A stretch of 64,000 bases of DNA from Methanobacteriota archaeon (GCA_043799545.1 JAZDNO010000006.1:96001-160000); one strand, 5' to 3'. Shown: positions 8,927 to 19,525, numbered from the stretch's first letter. Numbers and translations are program-made. The notes: generated from the sequence alone by a model not told the origin.

Positions 8927-10468
8927 TTGGAGTATATCGGTCGTGTTGTGGGGCGGTGCGTTCGGGAAATAAGGTTCAGGGCCGTATACGGGGAGGACTT
9001 CCAGCTCGGCGAAATTCTCGTTGTCGGGGACGAGGAGAGGAAGCGGAGCCTTCTCGCCCGCGTCATCGACATAGAGTACGGCGCCGACGCCTCTGGCGAC
9101 GGCTGGTCCGAGCAGGTCGCGGGGAACATGATGCAGGGCGACTCGAAGGGCGGGTACGAGCTGCGAGAGAAGGAGCGCAGGCTCTTCTCGACCGGAGTTT
9201 GCACCCCGCTGGGCTTCGTGGCGGACGGCAAGTTCAGAAAGCCCAAGTCGCTCGTCCCGCACTTCTCCAAGGTCAGGCGCGCGTCGCAAAGCGACTTCCA
9301 GTTCCTCAGTCAGGAAATGGGCGACGTCGAGGTCGGCGTCCTGAGGAGCGGGGAGCGCAAGCTAGACATCCGCGTGGGCGTCGACGGCTCGAAATTCCCC
9401 AGCCACGTTGGAGTCTTCGCAACGACTGGCATGGGCAAGAGCAACCTCATGAAGACCCTCGTGGCGAGCGTCATGCGCGGGCGGCGCTACGGGATGCTCG
9501 TCCTGGACCCTCATGGGGAATACTTCGCGGGCCAGCCGGAGTACAGGGGGCTGAGCCACCTGGCGGACGCGGCCGAGCGGCTCGTGGTTTTCTCAGGAAG
9601 GAAGCTGCCCGGGGCGCACAACACAATCGCCGTTTCCTCCAGAGAAATCAACATCCAGGACCTCCTGAACCTCCAGGAGTACAGCGACGCCCAGCGGGAA
9701 GCCCTGCACGCCCTGCGGGGCGAGCTCGGGGAGAACTGGCTCATGGATGCGCACGAGGCAGACGCATCTGACCTGGAAACGCGCCTGAGGCGCCGCTTCC
9801 ACATAGATACGATTAACGTCATCAAGCGCAGGATCGAACGGGTGATGTCGAGCGGCAAAATCACAACCGACAGGGGCATCTCCATGACCCGCACGGTAAT
9901 AGGGGCCCTGAAAGATGCGAAGGTCGTCCTGGTCGATACCAGCAGCATGCCGGAAATGGAGGAGCTGCTCGTGAGCACAGTCATTGCGCGGGCAGTGCTC
10001 GAGCATTACCAGCACCTCTACGAAACGCCCGAGGAATTCGCCGCGCTGCCCCCGGTCCTCATAACGTTGGAGGAGGCTCAGCGTGTGCTGGACAAGTCTC
10101 GCGGCACAGTCTTCTCGCGCATAGCCCGCGAGGGGCGAAAATTCAAGGTCGGATTATGCGCCGTTTCGCAGCAGCCCAAGCTGATAGACAACCAGGTCAT
10201 CTCGCAGTTCAACACGCTGTTCGTCATGGGTCTGGCGGACAAGCGCGACCGGGAGATTCTGCGCGACGCGTCGAAGCAGGACATCGCCGACCTGGACAAC
10301 GAGATACAGACGTTGATGGTCGGCGAGGCGCTCGTCACCTCGCCTTTCGTTCCTTTCGCCTTGCCCGCGGCCGTTCACTGTTTTGAAGAATACCTGACAG
10401 CTCTGAACGGACAGAAGGAGAAAGACGGAAAGAGGGCGCGGGCGAAGCCCGACAAGGGGTTCTACTGA
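8927..10468 (+). CDS. herA: HerA DNA translocase (TTG start)
   Basis: HAS-barrel-like N-terminus, Walker A ATTGMGKS, LDPHGEY, LEEAQR, AREGRKF, SQQP. Confidence 0.92.
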   Translation: MEYIGRVVGRCVREIRFRAVYGEDFQLGEILVVGDEERKRSLLARVIDIEYGADASGDGWSEQVAGNMMQGDSKGGYELREKERRLFSTGVCTPLGFVADGKFRKPKSLVPHFSKVRRASQSDFQFLSQEMGDVEVGVLRSGERKLDIRVGVDGSKFPSHVGVFATTGMGKSNLMKTLVASVMRGRRYGMLVLDPHGEYFAGQPEYRGLSHLADAAERLVVFSGRKLPGAHNTIAVSSREINIQDLLNLQEYSDAQREALHALRGELGENWLMDAHEADASDLETRLRRRFHIDTINVIKRRIERVMSSGKITTDRGISMTRTVIGALKDAKVVLVDTSSMPEMEELLVSTVIARAVLEHYQHLYETPEEFAALPPVLITLEEAQRVLDKSRGTVFSRIAREGRKFKVGLCAVSQQPKLIDNQVISQFNTLFVMGLADKRDREILRDASKQDIADLDNEIQTLMVGEALVTSPFVPFALPAAVHCFEEYLTALNGQKEKDGKRARAKPDKGFY

Positions 10469-11589
10469 TGCGATTCGTTCACATCTCTGATACCCACCTG
10501 GGGCACACGGCATACACCAAGCTGGATGAGAACGGTTACAACCAGCGCGAGGCCGACGTTTTCGACGCGTTCAAGCAGGGGGTGGACAAAGCGCTGGCCC
10601 TGAAGGTCGACGCCGTGCTACACACGGGCGACCTGTTCGATTCCATCAGGCCGTCCAACAGGGCGATGCACTTCGCCCTGGAGCAGATTCTGCGCCTCTC
10701 GGAGGCGGAGGTGCCGTTCGTGGCAATCGCCGGCAACCACTCGTCGCCGCGGCTGCGCGAAACGGGGAGCGTCTTCAGGCTCTTCGAGCACTTGAAAGGC
10801 GTCCGCGTAGTCTATGCCGGGGCGTACGAGCAAGTGGACGTCGGGGACGTCGCCGTCCACTGCGTGCCCCACTGCGCCACCCAGGACGCTTTCGCAGAGG
10901 AAGTCCGCAAGGTGTCGCCCTTGCCTGGAAAAACCAACGTGGCCATGCTGCACTGCGGCGTCAGCGGCGTCGAGCGCTTCGCGATGGGGGAGTTCAACGA
11001 GAACCTGCTGCCGAGCGGGCAGCTGTGGCCAGAGATGGAATACATCGCGCTGGGTCATTTCCACGACAGGACAATAGTCGCCGCGAACGCGGCTTACGCC
11101 GGCTCGACCGAGCGGATGAGCTTCAACGAGGCGGGGAAGGAAAAAGGGGTCGTTGAGGTGAGCGTTCCGAGGATGTCCATGGAGTTCCACGGACTGAAAA
11201 TCAGGGAGATGGTAGACTTTGGCAAACTGGATTGCGCCGGTCTGACGAACGCCGACATCATCCGGACAGTCGAAGGGCGGCTTCTTTCCTCAAAGGCGGA
11301 TGGCAAAATCATGCGCATCAGGCTGACGGGCATCCCGCGCAGCCAGGTCGACGGCCTCGACCAAAAACGCCTAAGGAGCGCGGTGAGCGGGGCGCTCCAC
11401 TTCGAGCTCAGAATCGAGACGCTGGAGGAGTGCGCCGGTGCGCAGGGCACGCAGGCTGCAATCGGTGATTTGCGCAACGAGTTCGAGGCGTTCGTATCGG
11501 GGACGCCGGTAGAGCGCTTGGACAAGGCCGAGCTCCTGAAGCTCGGGCGGGGATACATCGACGGAGCCATGAACGAAGCGGGGGGCTAG
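10468..11589 (+). CDS. mre11: Mre11 nuclease
   Basis: HISDTHLG, HTGDLFD, AGNHS, ALGHFH phosphoesterase motifs. Confidence 0.93.
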   Translation: MRFVHISDTHLGHTAYTKLDENGYNQREADVFDAFKQGVDKALALKVDAVLHTGDLFDSIRPSNRAMHFALEQILRLSEAEVPFVAIAGNHSSPRLRETGSVFRLFEHLKGVRVVYAGAYEQVDVGDVAVHCVPHCATQDAFAEEVRKVSPLPGKTNVAMLHCGVSGVERFAMGEFNENLLPSGQLWPEMEYIALGHFHDRTIVAANAAYAGSTERMSFNEAGKEKGVVEVSVPRMSMEFHGLKIREMVDFGKLDCAGLTNADIIRTVEGRLLSSKADGKIMRIRLTGIPRSQVDGLDQKRLRSAVSGALHFELRIETLEECAGAQGTQAAIGDLRNEFEAFVSGTPVERLDKAELLKLGRGYIDGAMNEAGG

Positions 11590-11590
11590 A

Positions 11591-14011
11591 TTGATAGTCC
11601 GGGCAATCTCGCTGCGCAACTACCGCCGCTTCAGGCGCTTGGATTTGGAGCTGCCGGAAGGGGTCATAGCCATCGTCGGCCCGAACGGTTCGGGAAAGAC
11701 GACTCTCGTGGAGGCCGTGGCGTGGGCGCTCTTCGGAAACGAGAGCGAGATAACCCGGGGGGACAAGAAGAGCATCATCCACCAGGGCTCCGGCAAGGGA
11801 GAAAAATGCGAGGCGACGGTCGAGTTCGAGATAGACTCGCGGCTTTATCTTGTGCGGAGGCAGATGAGCGCTTCCGGTGCCGCCACGGCCTCCCTGGAAA
11901 CCGCCGGAAAATCGCTCGCCGAGGGGGCGCTGCCAGTCACCGCCCACGTTGCGAAGCTCCTGGGCATGGACTATCAGGCATTCTTCGCATCGATTTTTGC
12001 CAGGCAGAAGGAGCTGAACGCCCTCTCGAAGCAGACGCAGGGGGAGCGCAGGGCGACCGTGATGCGCCTGCTGGGAGTTGTAGCCTTGGACCAGGCCACG
12101 GCAAGCGCGAGGAAGGACCTGAGCCTCGCGAAGGAGAACGTCACATTCCAGCAGAGGCAGCTCGCCGATTCGGGCACGGGCAAACCTGCAATTGATATTT
12201 GGAGAGGCGAGGCAGAGAGATGCTCCTCGGAACTCACATCCTGGAAGGCGGAGATTGAAAAGGGAGCGGAGGGCCTTGTGGCGGCCCGCGAGTCTGTCCT
12301 CAGGGCCGAGGCGCGTTTGACAAAGTCCAAGGAGAGGAAGGCGAAGCACGATAAACTCCGCGAGATACACATCGCAATCCAGAAAGACGCGGACGAGGCG
12401 TCGCGCAACGTGAAGCGCATCGAAGCGGAACTTGCGGATATTGCGCGAGAAGAGGAGATGCTGGCAAGCCTTGGGCCTCGGGAGCTGCGGTTTTCGGAAG
12501 CCAGGGAGGAGTTCGAGGAGCTGGCCAAGCTTGAGATAGCGCACGCCGAGCGCGCTGGTCTGTCGGAGCGCTTGGAGGCGCTCAAAGCGGACCTCGAAGG
12601 GAAGTCCGCCTCCTTGAAAGGTCTGGCCAAGGAGCTGAAGAAACTGGAGGCGCTGGAAAAGGAAGCCGGCGAGCTCGACAATAAGCTGGCCAAGCTCTCA
12701 GAAGAGCGAGCGGCGCTCATTGGCAAGACCGCGTCCGAGGGGGAAAAACTGCGCGCGCTTGAGAAATCCCTTTCGGAGCTCGAGAAGAGAAAATGCGACA
12801 TCTCATCCCTCGGAGCCGAAGGCAAGTGCCCGACCTGCGAGCGCCCGCTGGGGACGCACCACAAGGCCCTCATGGGCAAGACCGGGGCCGAGCTCGAGGC
12901 AAAGGAGAGGGAAGCCAAAGGCGCAATCCAAATGCTCGAATCCCTCGGCGAAGAGTCCGCCTCCCTGGAAGCGCAAATGCTCGCCCTGGAACGACGCAAA
13001 GCGACTTTGGGGAAATCGTTGGATTCGCTCAAGAGAAAAACCGGGGAAGCGAAAGCCCTGGAATCGGAAGTCGCCGCCTTGGCGCGCTCCGCCGATGCGG
13101 CGGGCAAGAAGCTGGCAAAGCTGGATAAAATACCATTCGACGAGAAGGGATTCGCCACCCTGAAGGCGGAGCTGAGGAAGCTCGAGAAGGCGCACGAGAA
13201 ATACGTCTCTCTCTCCAAGGCCGCGGAGGCCAGGCCGAAGAAGGAGAGCGCGCTAGAGGCGGCGAAGGCGTCGATGGAGAAGGCGAGTGCCGGACTTTCA
13301 TCCCTGGCGAAAGAGCAGCTCTCGCTGGATTTCGATCCGGCGGTGCATTCCTCGATCGAGGCGGAGGAGCGCAAATCCCGGGATGAGGCGCACCGCCTGG
13401 CCATCGGCCTGGAGAAGGCGCGGGGCGACATGGCCGTGGCGATGGAAAAGCTGGGAAGGGCAAAGGCCGAGATATCCCGCCTGGAGGGGGTCGAGCGCGA
13501 AATAGCGGAGCTGGACAGGCGGAGGGAGTACCTCTCGCGGACTGTCGAACTGCTGGACTCGTTCAAGAGGCATGTCGTGGCGCGCATCCGGCCCGTGCTA
13601 ACGGCAACGACGTCGGAGCTGCTGGACAAGCTCAGCTCCGGCAGGTACTCGCAGGTGGAGATAGACGAGGATTACGGAATCAGGGTTCTCGACGACGGCC
13701 AGGCGTTCGGGCTCGAGCGGTTCTCGGGAGGAGAGGAGGACATGGTGAACCTCTGCCTGCGCCTGGCCATCTCGCAGCTCATAGCCGAGCGCGGCGGCGC
13801 CGGGGGCCTCAACATGGTAGTGCTCGACGAGATATTCGGGAGCCAGGACCCTGGGCGCAGAAGGAGCATATTGCTGGCGCTGAACGGGCTCTCGGGCATT
13901 TTCAGGCAAATCCTTCTGATAACTCATATAGAGGACATGCGAGAGAGCGTCAGCGCGGTAGTCCAGGTGGGCGTCGGCGAGGGCGGGGCGAGCAAGGCCG
14001 AATTGGCGTGA
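11591..14011 (+). CDS. rad50: Rad50 ATPase (TTG start)
   Basis: Walker A GPNGSGKT, long coiled coil, zinc hook CPTC, signature FSGGE, Walker B VVLDE. Confidence 0.93.
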   Translation: MIVRAISLRNYRRFRRLDLELPEGVIAIVGPNGSGKTTLVEAVAWALFGNESEITRGDKKSIIHQGSGKGEKCEATVEFEIDSRLYLVRRQMSASGAATASLETAGKSLAEGALPVTAHVAKLLGMDYQAFFASIFARQKELNALSKQTQGERRATVMRLLGVVALDQATASARKDLSLAKENVTFQQRQLADSGTGKPAIDIWRGEAERCSSELTSWKAEIEKGAEGLVAARESVLRAEARLTKSKERKAKHDKLREIHIAIQKDADEASRNVKRIEAELADIAREEEMLASLGPRELRFSEAREEFEELAKLEIAHAERAGLSERLEALKADLEGKSASLKGLAKELKKLEALEKEAGELDNKLAKLSEERAALIGKTASEGEKLRALEKSLSELEKRKCDISSLGAEGKCPTCERPLGTHHKALMGKTGAELEAKEREAKGAIQMLESLGEESASLEAQMLALERRKATLGKSLDSLKRKTGEAKALESEVAALARSADAAGKKLAKLDKIPFDEKGFATLKAELRKLEKAHEKYVSLSKAAEARPKKESALEAAKASMEKASAGLSSLAKEQLSLDFDPAVHSSIEAEERKSRDEAHRLAIGLEKARGDMAVAMEKLGRAKAEISRLEGVEREIAELDRRREYLSRTVELLDSFKRHVVARIRPVLTATTSELLDKLSSGRYSQVEIDEDYGIRVLDDGQAFGLERFSGGEEDMVNLCLRLAISQLIAERGGAGGLNMVVLDEIFGSQDPGRRRSILLALNGLSGIFRQILLITHIEDMRESVSAVVQVGVGEGGASKAELA

Positions 14012-14208
14012 TGGCCTACAATCGAAATGGATGTCTCAACCTGCTGTGACAACCAAGTTCAAAAGACTGCCGCGCGATGACACACCCTTATACCCAAGTG
14101 TGCCGATTCAATCCCGAGCCACATGAGCCGCACAACCGCGCTATGCCGGGGCCTCCGCCCTTTCGCAACGAATATAACAGAGAAGGGCAATCGCGAGGGC
14201 GTGATACG

Positions 14209-15483
14209 ATGACCGAGACGTCCGCCCTTGAGGGGTTTTACAAGAAAAGCGTCGAGGAGCGCCTGAGACTCATTGCGGAATCGGGCGGCCTTACCGAGGA
14301 AGAGGCGAAGCTGCTGGGGCAGTTCGGGGCGCTCGGCCCGGCTCTGGCCAATCGCATGATAGAGAACGTCGTCGGCGTGATGCCGGTGACCCTGGGCTAC
14401 GCGACCAATTTCCTCGTCAACGGCAGGGAGGTGCTCATCCCCATGGCGACGGAGGAGCCTTCCGTCGTCGCCGCGGCGTCGAACGCCGCCAAGATGGCAA
14501 GACCGAGCGGGGGGTTCGAAGCCAGCGCGACCGCTCCCGTCATGATAGGCCAGATACAGCTAACGGGCGTAGTCGACCCCCAATCGGCGCGGTTCGCCGT
14601 GCTGGCCAACAAAGATAAAATCATAGAGATGTCAAACGCGATGGACCCGATGCTGGTCAAGTTCGGGGGCGGAGCGAGGGACGTGGAGGCGAGGGTCCTG
14701 GACAGCCCCGTTGGCAAGCTGCTGGTCGTGCACCTCCTGGTCGATGCGCGCGACGCCATGGGCGCGAACGCGGTGAACACGATGGCCGAAGCTGTCGCCC
14801 CTTACATTGAGGAGATAACCGGCGGGAAGGTCTACCTGCGCATCCTATCAAATCTGGCGATTCACCGCCTGGCGAGGGCTCGCGCGGTCTGGAAGAAGGA
14901 TTTGATTGGGGGGCCAGATGTCGTGGACGGCGTGATAAAGGCATGGGCATTCGCCGCGGCAGACCCGTTCAGGGCCGCGACGCATAACAAAGGGATAATG
15001 AACGGCATTGACGCGGTTGTGCTGGCCACAGGAAACGATTACAGGGCCATAGAGGCTGGAGCGCACGCCTACGCCGCCTGGTCCCACAACGGGCACTACG
15101 GCCCCCTGACGAAATACGAGAAGAACAGCGACGGCGACCTGGTCGGCACGATTGAGCTGCCGATGGCCGTTGGGCTGATAGGCGGCGCGACCGCAGTCCA
15201 CCCCATAGCGAAAATCAACGTCAAAGTGCTCGGCGTGAAAACGGCGTCGGAGCTGGCGCAGATAATCGCATCTGTCGGGCTTGCGCAGAATTTCGCCGCG
15301 CTCCGGGCGCTGTCCACGGAGGGGATACAGCGGGGCCACATGTCGTTGCACGCGCGAAACGTGGCGGCGATGGCTGGGGCGACCGGTGACGAGGTGGAAA
15401 AGGTCGTTGACATCCTCGTCAAGGAGAAGAAGGTAAGGATAGACCGAGCGAAGGAAGTCCTCGACCGGATGAGGAAGAAATGA
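14209..15483 (+). CDS. mvaA: Class II HMG-CoA reductase
   Basis: IENVVG, PMATEEPSVVAAAS, DAMGANAVN, THNKGIMNG, GHMSLH. Start set at ATG 14209 (MTETSALEGFYK) rather than 14077. Confidence 0.93.
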   Translation: MTETSALEGFYKKSVEERLRLIAESGGLTEEEAKLLGQFGALGPALANRMIENVVGVMPVTLGYATNFLVNGREVLIPMATEEPSVVAAASNAAKMARPSGGFEASATAPVMIGQIQLTGVVDPQSARFAVLANKDKIIEMSNAMDPMLVKFGGGARDVEARVLDSPVGKLLVVHLLVDARDAMGANAVNTMAEAVAPYIEEITGGKVYLRILSNLAIHRLARARAVWKKDLIGGPDVVDGVIKAWAFAAADPFRAATHNKGIMNGIDAVVLATGNDYRAIEAGAHAYAAWSHNGHYGPLTKYEKNSDGDLVGTIELPMAVGLIGGATAVHPIAKINVKVLGVKTASELAQIIASVGLAQNFAALRALSTEGIQRGHMSLHARNVAAMAGATGDEVEKVVDILVKEKKVRIDRAKEVLDRMRKK

Positions 15484-15491
15484 GGTGAACG

Positions 15492-17402
15492 GTGCTTCAG
15501 GACGCTACCACGGAATCGAGCCTGGAAAAGATGAAGCTGCGCTACGCGGACAAGTTCGCCAGCGACGAGGCCATATTCAAGAACATACACCGGGGCGACA
15601 GGATATTCATAAGCACCGGGTGCGGCGAGCCGGTCCATCTGGTCTCGCGGCTCATCGAGTACGTCAAAGACCACCCCAAGGCATTCTTCGACGCGGAGGT
15701 TCTGCACATCTGGACGCTCGGCGTGGCGCCGTACGCGGACGAGAAATTCAAGACCAACTTCAGGCACAACGCATTCTTCATAGGCGACAGCACCCGCGAG
15801 GCAGTGAACTCGGGGATGGCCGACTACACCCCGATATTCCTCTCCCAGGTGCCGGACCTGTTCCGCAGAAAGCTCGTCCACACGGACGTGGCGCTGATAC
15901 AGACTTCGATTCCCGACGCGCACGGTTACATGAGCCTCGGCGTGAGCGTCGACATCACCAAGGCAGCTTGCGAGGGGGCGAAGATGGTGGTCGCGCAGAT
16001 AAATCCCAATATGCCGCGAGTCCACGGTGACACCTTCGTCCACATAGAGGACATGGACTACCTCGTCTACCACGAGGAGCCGCTCCTTGTCTACGAGCCC
16101 ACGATTGTGGACGAGGTCGCCCAGAGGATAGGCAAGTACGTGGCGCGAATCGTCGAGGACGGTGACACCATCCAGGTGGGCTACGGCAGTCTCCCTAACG
16201 CGATAATGAGCAACCTTGGGGGAAAGAAGCACCTCGGGGTGCACACGGAGCTGCTCTCGGACGGGCTGGCCAGCCTCATGAGGGCGGGGGTCGTGGACAA
16301 CACCATGAAGACAATAGACAAAGGGAAAACCGTGGCGACTTTCTGCATGGGCTCCAGGCACACGTACGAGTACATCCACGACAACCCCTCCGTGGAGTTC
16401 AAGCCGATAGACTACACCAACAACCCCCTCGTCATCGCGCGGAACGAGAACATGGTGGCAATCAACAGCGCCCTCCAGATAGACCTGACGGGCCAGTCGA
16501 CGGCCGAATCTCTCGGCAAGACGCTCTACAGCGGCGTCGGTGGCCAGGCGGACTTCATGAGGGGGGCGGTCCTCTCCAAGGGAGGGAAGACTATTCTGGC
16601 GTTGCAGTCGACCGCCCAGGAAGGTGCGGCCTCCCGCATCGTTCCCACGATAATGGAGGGCTCCGGAATCACGCTGGTAAGGGGCGACATCCATTACGTG
16701 GTCACCGAGTACGGCATCGCATATCTCCACGGAAAGAACGTCCGGGAGAGGGCCATGGACCTCATCGCAATCGCGCATCCCAAGTTCCGCTCTTGGCTCA
16801 TCGAGGAAGCAAAGAAGAACGGCTTCATTTACAAGGACCAGGCGTTCATACCCGGCAAAAAGGGAGAGTATCCCGAGGAGATGGAAATCTACAAAACTAC
16901 CAGGGCGGGCGAGAACATATTCATGAGGCCGGTCAAGATAAGCGACGAGCCGTTGCTGAAGGAGTTCTTCTACTCGCTCTCAGACCAGAGCATCTACCGC
17001 AGGTTCATCTCCATGCGCAAGGACATGCCGCACGAGCGCCTCCAGGAGTTCTGCATCATCGACTACACGAAGGAGGTTCTCATCCTCGCTGTGAAGCAGT
17101 CGGAGCACCAGGACCATGAGGAAATCGTCGGGGTGGGCCAGTACGGCATAGACGAGGGAGCGCACTCGGCGGAGATAGCGTTCGTCGTGAGGGACGACTA
17201 CCAGAACAAGGGAGTCGGCTCCGAGCTTCTCGCGTACCTGACGCTCCTCGCGAGGAAGCAGGGGCTTCTCGGATTCACGGCAGAGGTTCTGATGGAGAAC
17301 AAGCCGATGCTGCACCTTTTCGAGAGCGCTGGATTCGACGTGGACAAGCGGTTCAGCGACCAGGTTTACGAGCTGAGGATGACGTTCAGAGAGGCGAAAT
17401 GA
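15492..17402 (+). CDS. Acetyl-CoA hydrolase/4-hydroxybutyrate CoA-transferase family protein fused to a C-terminal GNAT domain
   Basis: IQVGYG, GVHTE (catalytic Glu position), SGVGGQADF, VVTEYGIA; C-terminal AFVVRDDYQNKGVGSELL (GNAT motif A); RBS GAGGTGA before GTG. Confidence 0.9.
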   Translation: MLQDATTESSLEKMKLRYADKFASDEAIFKNIHRGDRIFISTGCGEPVHLVSRLIEYVKDHPKAFFDAEVLHIWTLGVAPYADEKFKTNFRHNAFFIGDSTREAVNSGMADYTPIFLSQVPDLFRRKLVHTDVALIQTSIPDAHGYMSLGVSVDITKAACEGAKMVVAQINPNMPRVHGDTFVHIEDMDYLVYHEEPLLVYEPTIVDEVAQRIGKYVARIVEDGDTIQVGYGSLPNAIMSNLGGKKHLGVHTELLSDGLASLMRAGVVDNTMKTIDKGKTVATFCMGSRHTYEYIHDNPSVEFKPIDYTNNPLVIARNENMVAINSALQIDLTGQSTAESLGKTLYSGVGGQADFMRGAVLSKGGKTILALQSTAQEGAASRIVPTIMEGSGITLVRGDIHYVVTEYGIAYLHGKNVRERAMDLIAIAHPKFRSWLIEEAKKNGFIYKDQAFIPGKKGEYPEEMEIYKTTRAGENIFMRPVKISDEPLLKEFFYSLSDQSIYRRFISMRKDMPHERLQEFCIIDYTKEVLILAVKQSEHQDHEEIVGVGQYGIDEGAHSAEIAFVVRDDYQNKGVGSELLAYLTLLARKQGLLGFTAEVLMENKPMLHLFESAGFDVDKRFSDQVYELRMTFREAK

Positions 17403-19525
17403 TGGGCCGCGGCGCCGACGTCAGGACGCTTTTCGAGCCGCGCTCCGTTGCCATTTTCGGAGCCACGCCCGACAGGGATAAAATCGGCTTCAAGATACTG
17501 GACAACTTAGTGTCGGGGGGATTCAAAGGCGAGGTGTACCCCATCAACCCCAAGGGGGGCGAGGTGCTCGGGCTGAAGATTTACAAATCTCTGGACGAGG
17601 TCGAGGGCGATGTGGACATGGGCATCATCGCCATTCCCGCCAAGTTCGTCTTCGACGCGTTGAGGGCGTGCGCCATGAAGGGAGTCAGGCACGTCCCTAT
17701 AATATCGTCCGGTTTCAGCGAGATCGGCAACGGGGAGGAGGAGCGGGCGATGGCCCGGTTCGCCAGGGAGAACGGAATGCGCATCCTCGGACCGAACATC
17801 TTCGGCATTTATTCCCGCTCCTCGTCTTTCAACGCGACGTTCGGTCCTAAGGACGTTACGCCCGGCGGCGTCGCAATAATCACCCAGAGCGGCGCGCTCG
17901 GCATCGCCATGATTGGAAAGTCGGCGGTGGAGAACGTCGGCCTTTCGTGCGTGGTTTCCATGGGTAACAAGGCGGACATCGACGAGGCGGACCTGCTGGA
18001 TTACATCGCCGAGGACGACAACACAAAGATTGTCCTGATGTACATCGAGGGCGTCCAAAACGGAGAGAAGCTCATAGCCTCTCTGCGGAAGTTCACGATG
18101 AGAAAACCCGTCGTCGTCATCAAGTCCGGGCGCTCGAAGCGCGGGGCGATGGCCGCGGCCTCGCACACCGGCTCCCTCGCAGGGAGCGACGCGATATTCG
18201 ACGCTGTGATGAGGCAGTGCGGCGTAATGCGCGCGGAAACTTTGAAGGACGCTTTCAACTGGTGCAAGTTCATCTCGTATTCAGCCACGCCGAAGGGAGA
18301 GAACGCAGTGATTGTCACAAACGGCGGGGGAATCGGGGTGCTCGCTACAGATGCTTGCGAAAAACACGGCGTCAGGCTCTACGACGACCAGCAAGTCCTG
18401 AAAAACGCCTTCGGAAAGGTCACGCCCGAGTTCGGCTCGACCAAAAACCCGATAGACCTCACTGGCCAGGCGACGCCGGAGTTCTACGACGACGCCCTGC
18501 AGGCCGGCATAGAAGGAAGAACGATAGATTCGGTCGTAGGGCTGTATTGCGAGACGGCGGTTTTCGACCCGGAGGGGCTAAAGCGTATGATTGCCGACGC
18601 GTATCGCAAATACGCGAAAGCCGGCAAGCCAGTCGTATTCTCGATTGTCGGCGGTCACAAGGTCGAGACATGCATCAGCTCGCTGAGCAAAGACGGGATT
18701 CCAATATTTCCCGAGGTCTACGAGGCAGTGTCGTGCCTCGGTGCGTCCTACGCCCACCGCAAGCGAGTCTCGGAGTCGGAGGAGCCGATGGCCGAGGTGG
18801 ACATCGACGTCGACGCGATAGGAGAAGTCGCCTCCAAAGCCCGCGCGGAAGGGCGTTACTTCCTGCTATCCAACGAGGCGCAGGAGGTCATGCGCGCCGC
18901 AGGAATCCAGCTCCCGAAGAGCCGCATCGCGAAGAGCATGGAAGAGGCAGTCCGATTCGCCAAGGGGATAGGTTATCCGGTCGTGATGAAGGTCGTTTCG
19001 AAGGACATCGTCCACAAGAGCGACGTGGGGGGTGTGGCGCTGGGCATAGACGACGAGCGCGAGGTCGTCGACGCATACCAGGCGATAATGCAGAGTTGCA
19101 AGTCCCACGATCCGACCGCGGTCATAGAGGGCATACAGGTCGACGAGATGGTGCGGGACGGGACGGAGATAATCGTAGGCGCACGCCGGGACGGGGGTTT
19201 CGGTCCAGTGGTCATGTGCGGCCTCGGGGGCATCTACGTCGAGGTGATGAAAGACGTTGCCTTCAGGGCATTCCCCCTGAGCAGGAAGGAGGCGATGTCG
19301 ATGATAAAGGAGATAAAAACCTACCAGCTCCTCCTGGGCGCAAGGGGCGAGGAGCGAAAGGACATCGAAGGGGTAATAGAAACCCTTATCAAACTCGGAA
19401 CGATAATCAAGAGATGCCGGGGCATCTCCGACATAGAGGTCAACCCCGTGATGGTATACGAGAGCGGGAAAGGAGTGAAAGCCGTCGACGTGAGGATTCT
19501 CCTTTCGAAGCAGGAGGCGGGTTAG
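17399..19525 (+). CDS. ADP-forming acyl-CoA synthetase (alpha+beta fused)
   Basis: FEPRSVAIFGA, LGPNIFG, TQSGALG, ASHTGSLAG (phospho-His), NPIDLTG, ATP-grasp KVVSKDIVHKSDVGGV. Confidence 0.92.
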   Translation: MMGRGADVRTLFEPRSVAIFGATPDRDKIGFKILDNLVSGGFKGEVYPINPKGGEVLGLKIYKSLDEVEGDVDMGIIAIPAKFVFDALRACAMKGVRHVPIISSGFSEIGNGEEERAMARFARENGMRILGPNIFGIYSRSSSFNATFGPKDVTPGGVAIITQSGALGIAMIGKSAVENVGLSCVVSMGNKADIDEADLLDYIAEDDNTKIVLMYIEGVQNGEKLIASLRKFTMRKPVVVIKSGRSKRGAMAAASHTGSLAGSDAIFDAVMRQCGVMRAETLKDAFNWCKFISYSATPKGENAVIVTNGGGIGVLATDACEKHGVRLYDDQQVLKNAFGKVTPEFGSTKNPIDLTGQATPEFYDDALQAGIEGRTIDSVVGLYCETAVFDPEGLKRMIADAYRKYAKAGKPVVFSIVGGHKVETCISSLSKDGIPIFPEVYEAVSCLGASYAHRKRVSESEEPMAEVDIDVDAIGEVASKARAEGRYFLLSNEAQEVMRAAGIQLPKSRIAKSMEEAVRFAKGIGYPVVMKVVSKDIVHKSDVGGVALGIDDEREVVDAYQAIMQSCKSHDPTAVIEGIQVDEMVRDGTEIIVGARRDGGFGPVVMCGLGGIYVEVMKDVAFRAFPLSRKEAMSMIKEIKTYQLLLGARGEERKDIEGVIETLIKLGTIIKRCRGISDIEVNPVMVYESGKGVKAVDVRILLSKQEAG

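Noticed and set aside
11974-13629. 551-aa minus-strand Ser-rich ORF
   Set aside because: Antisense shadow of the Rad50 coiled coil
14077-14208. N-terminal extension of HMG-CoA reductase
   Set aside because: No resemblance to the family before MTETSALEG; the region contains TATA-like sequence
15096-16778. 560-aa minus-strand ORF
   Set aside because: Antisense shadow across HMGR and the CoA-transferase
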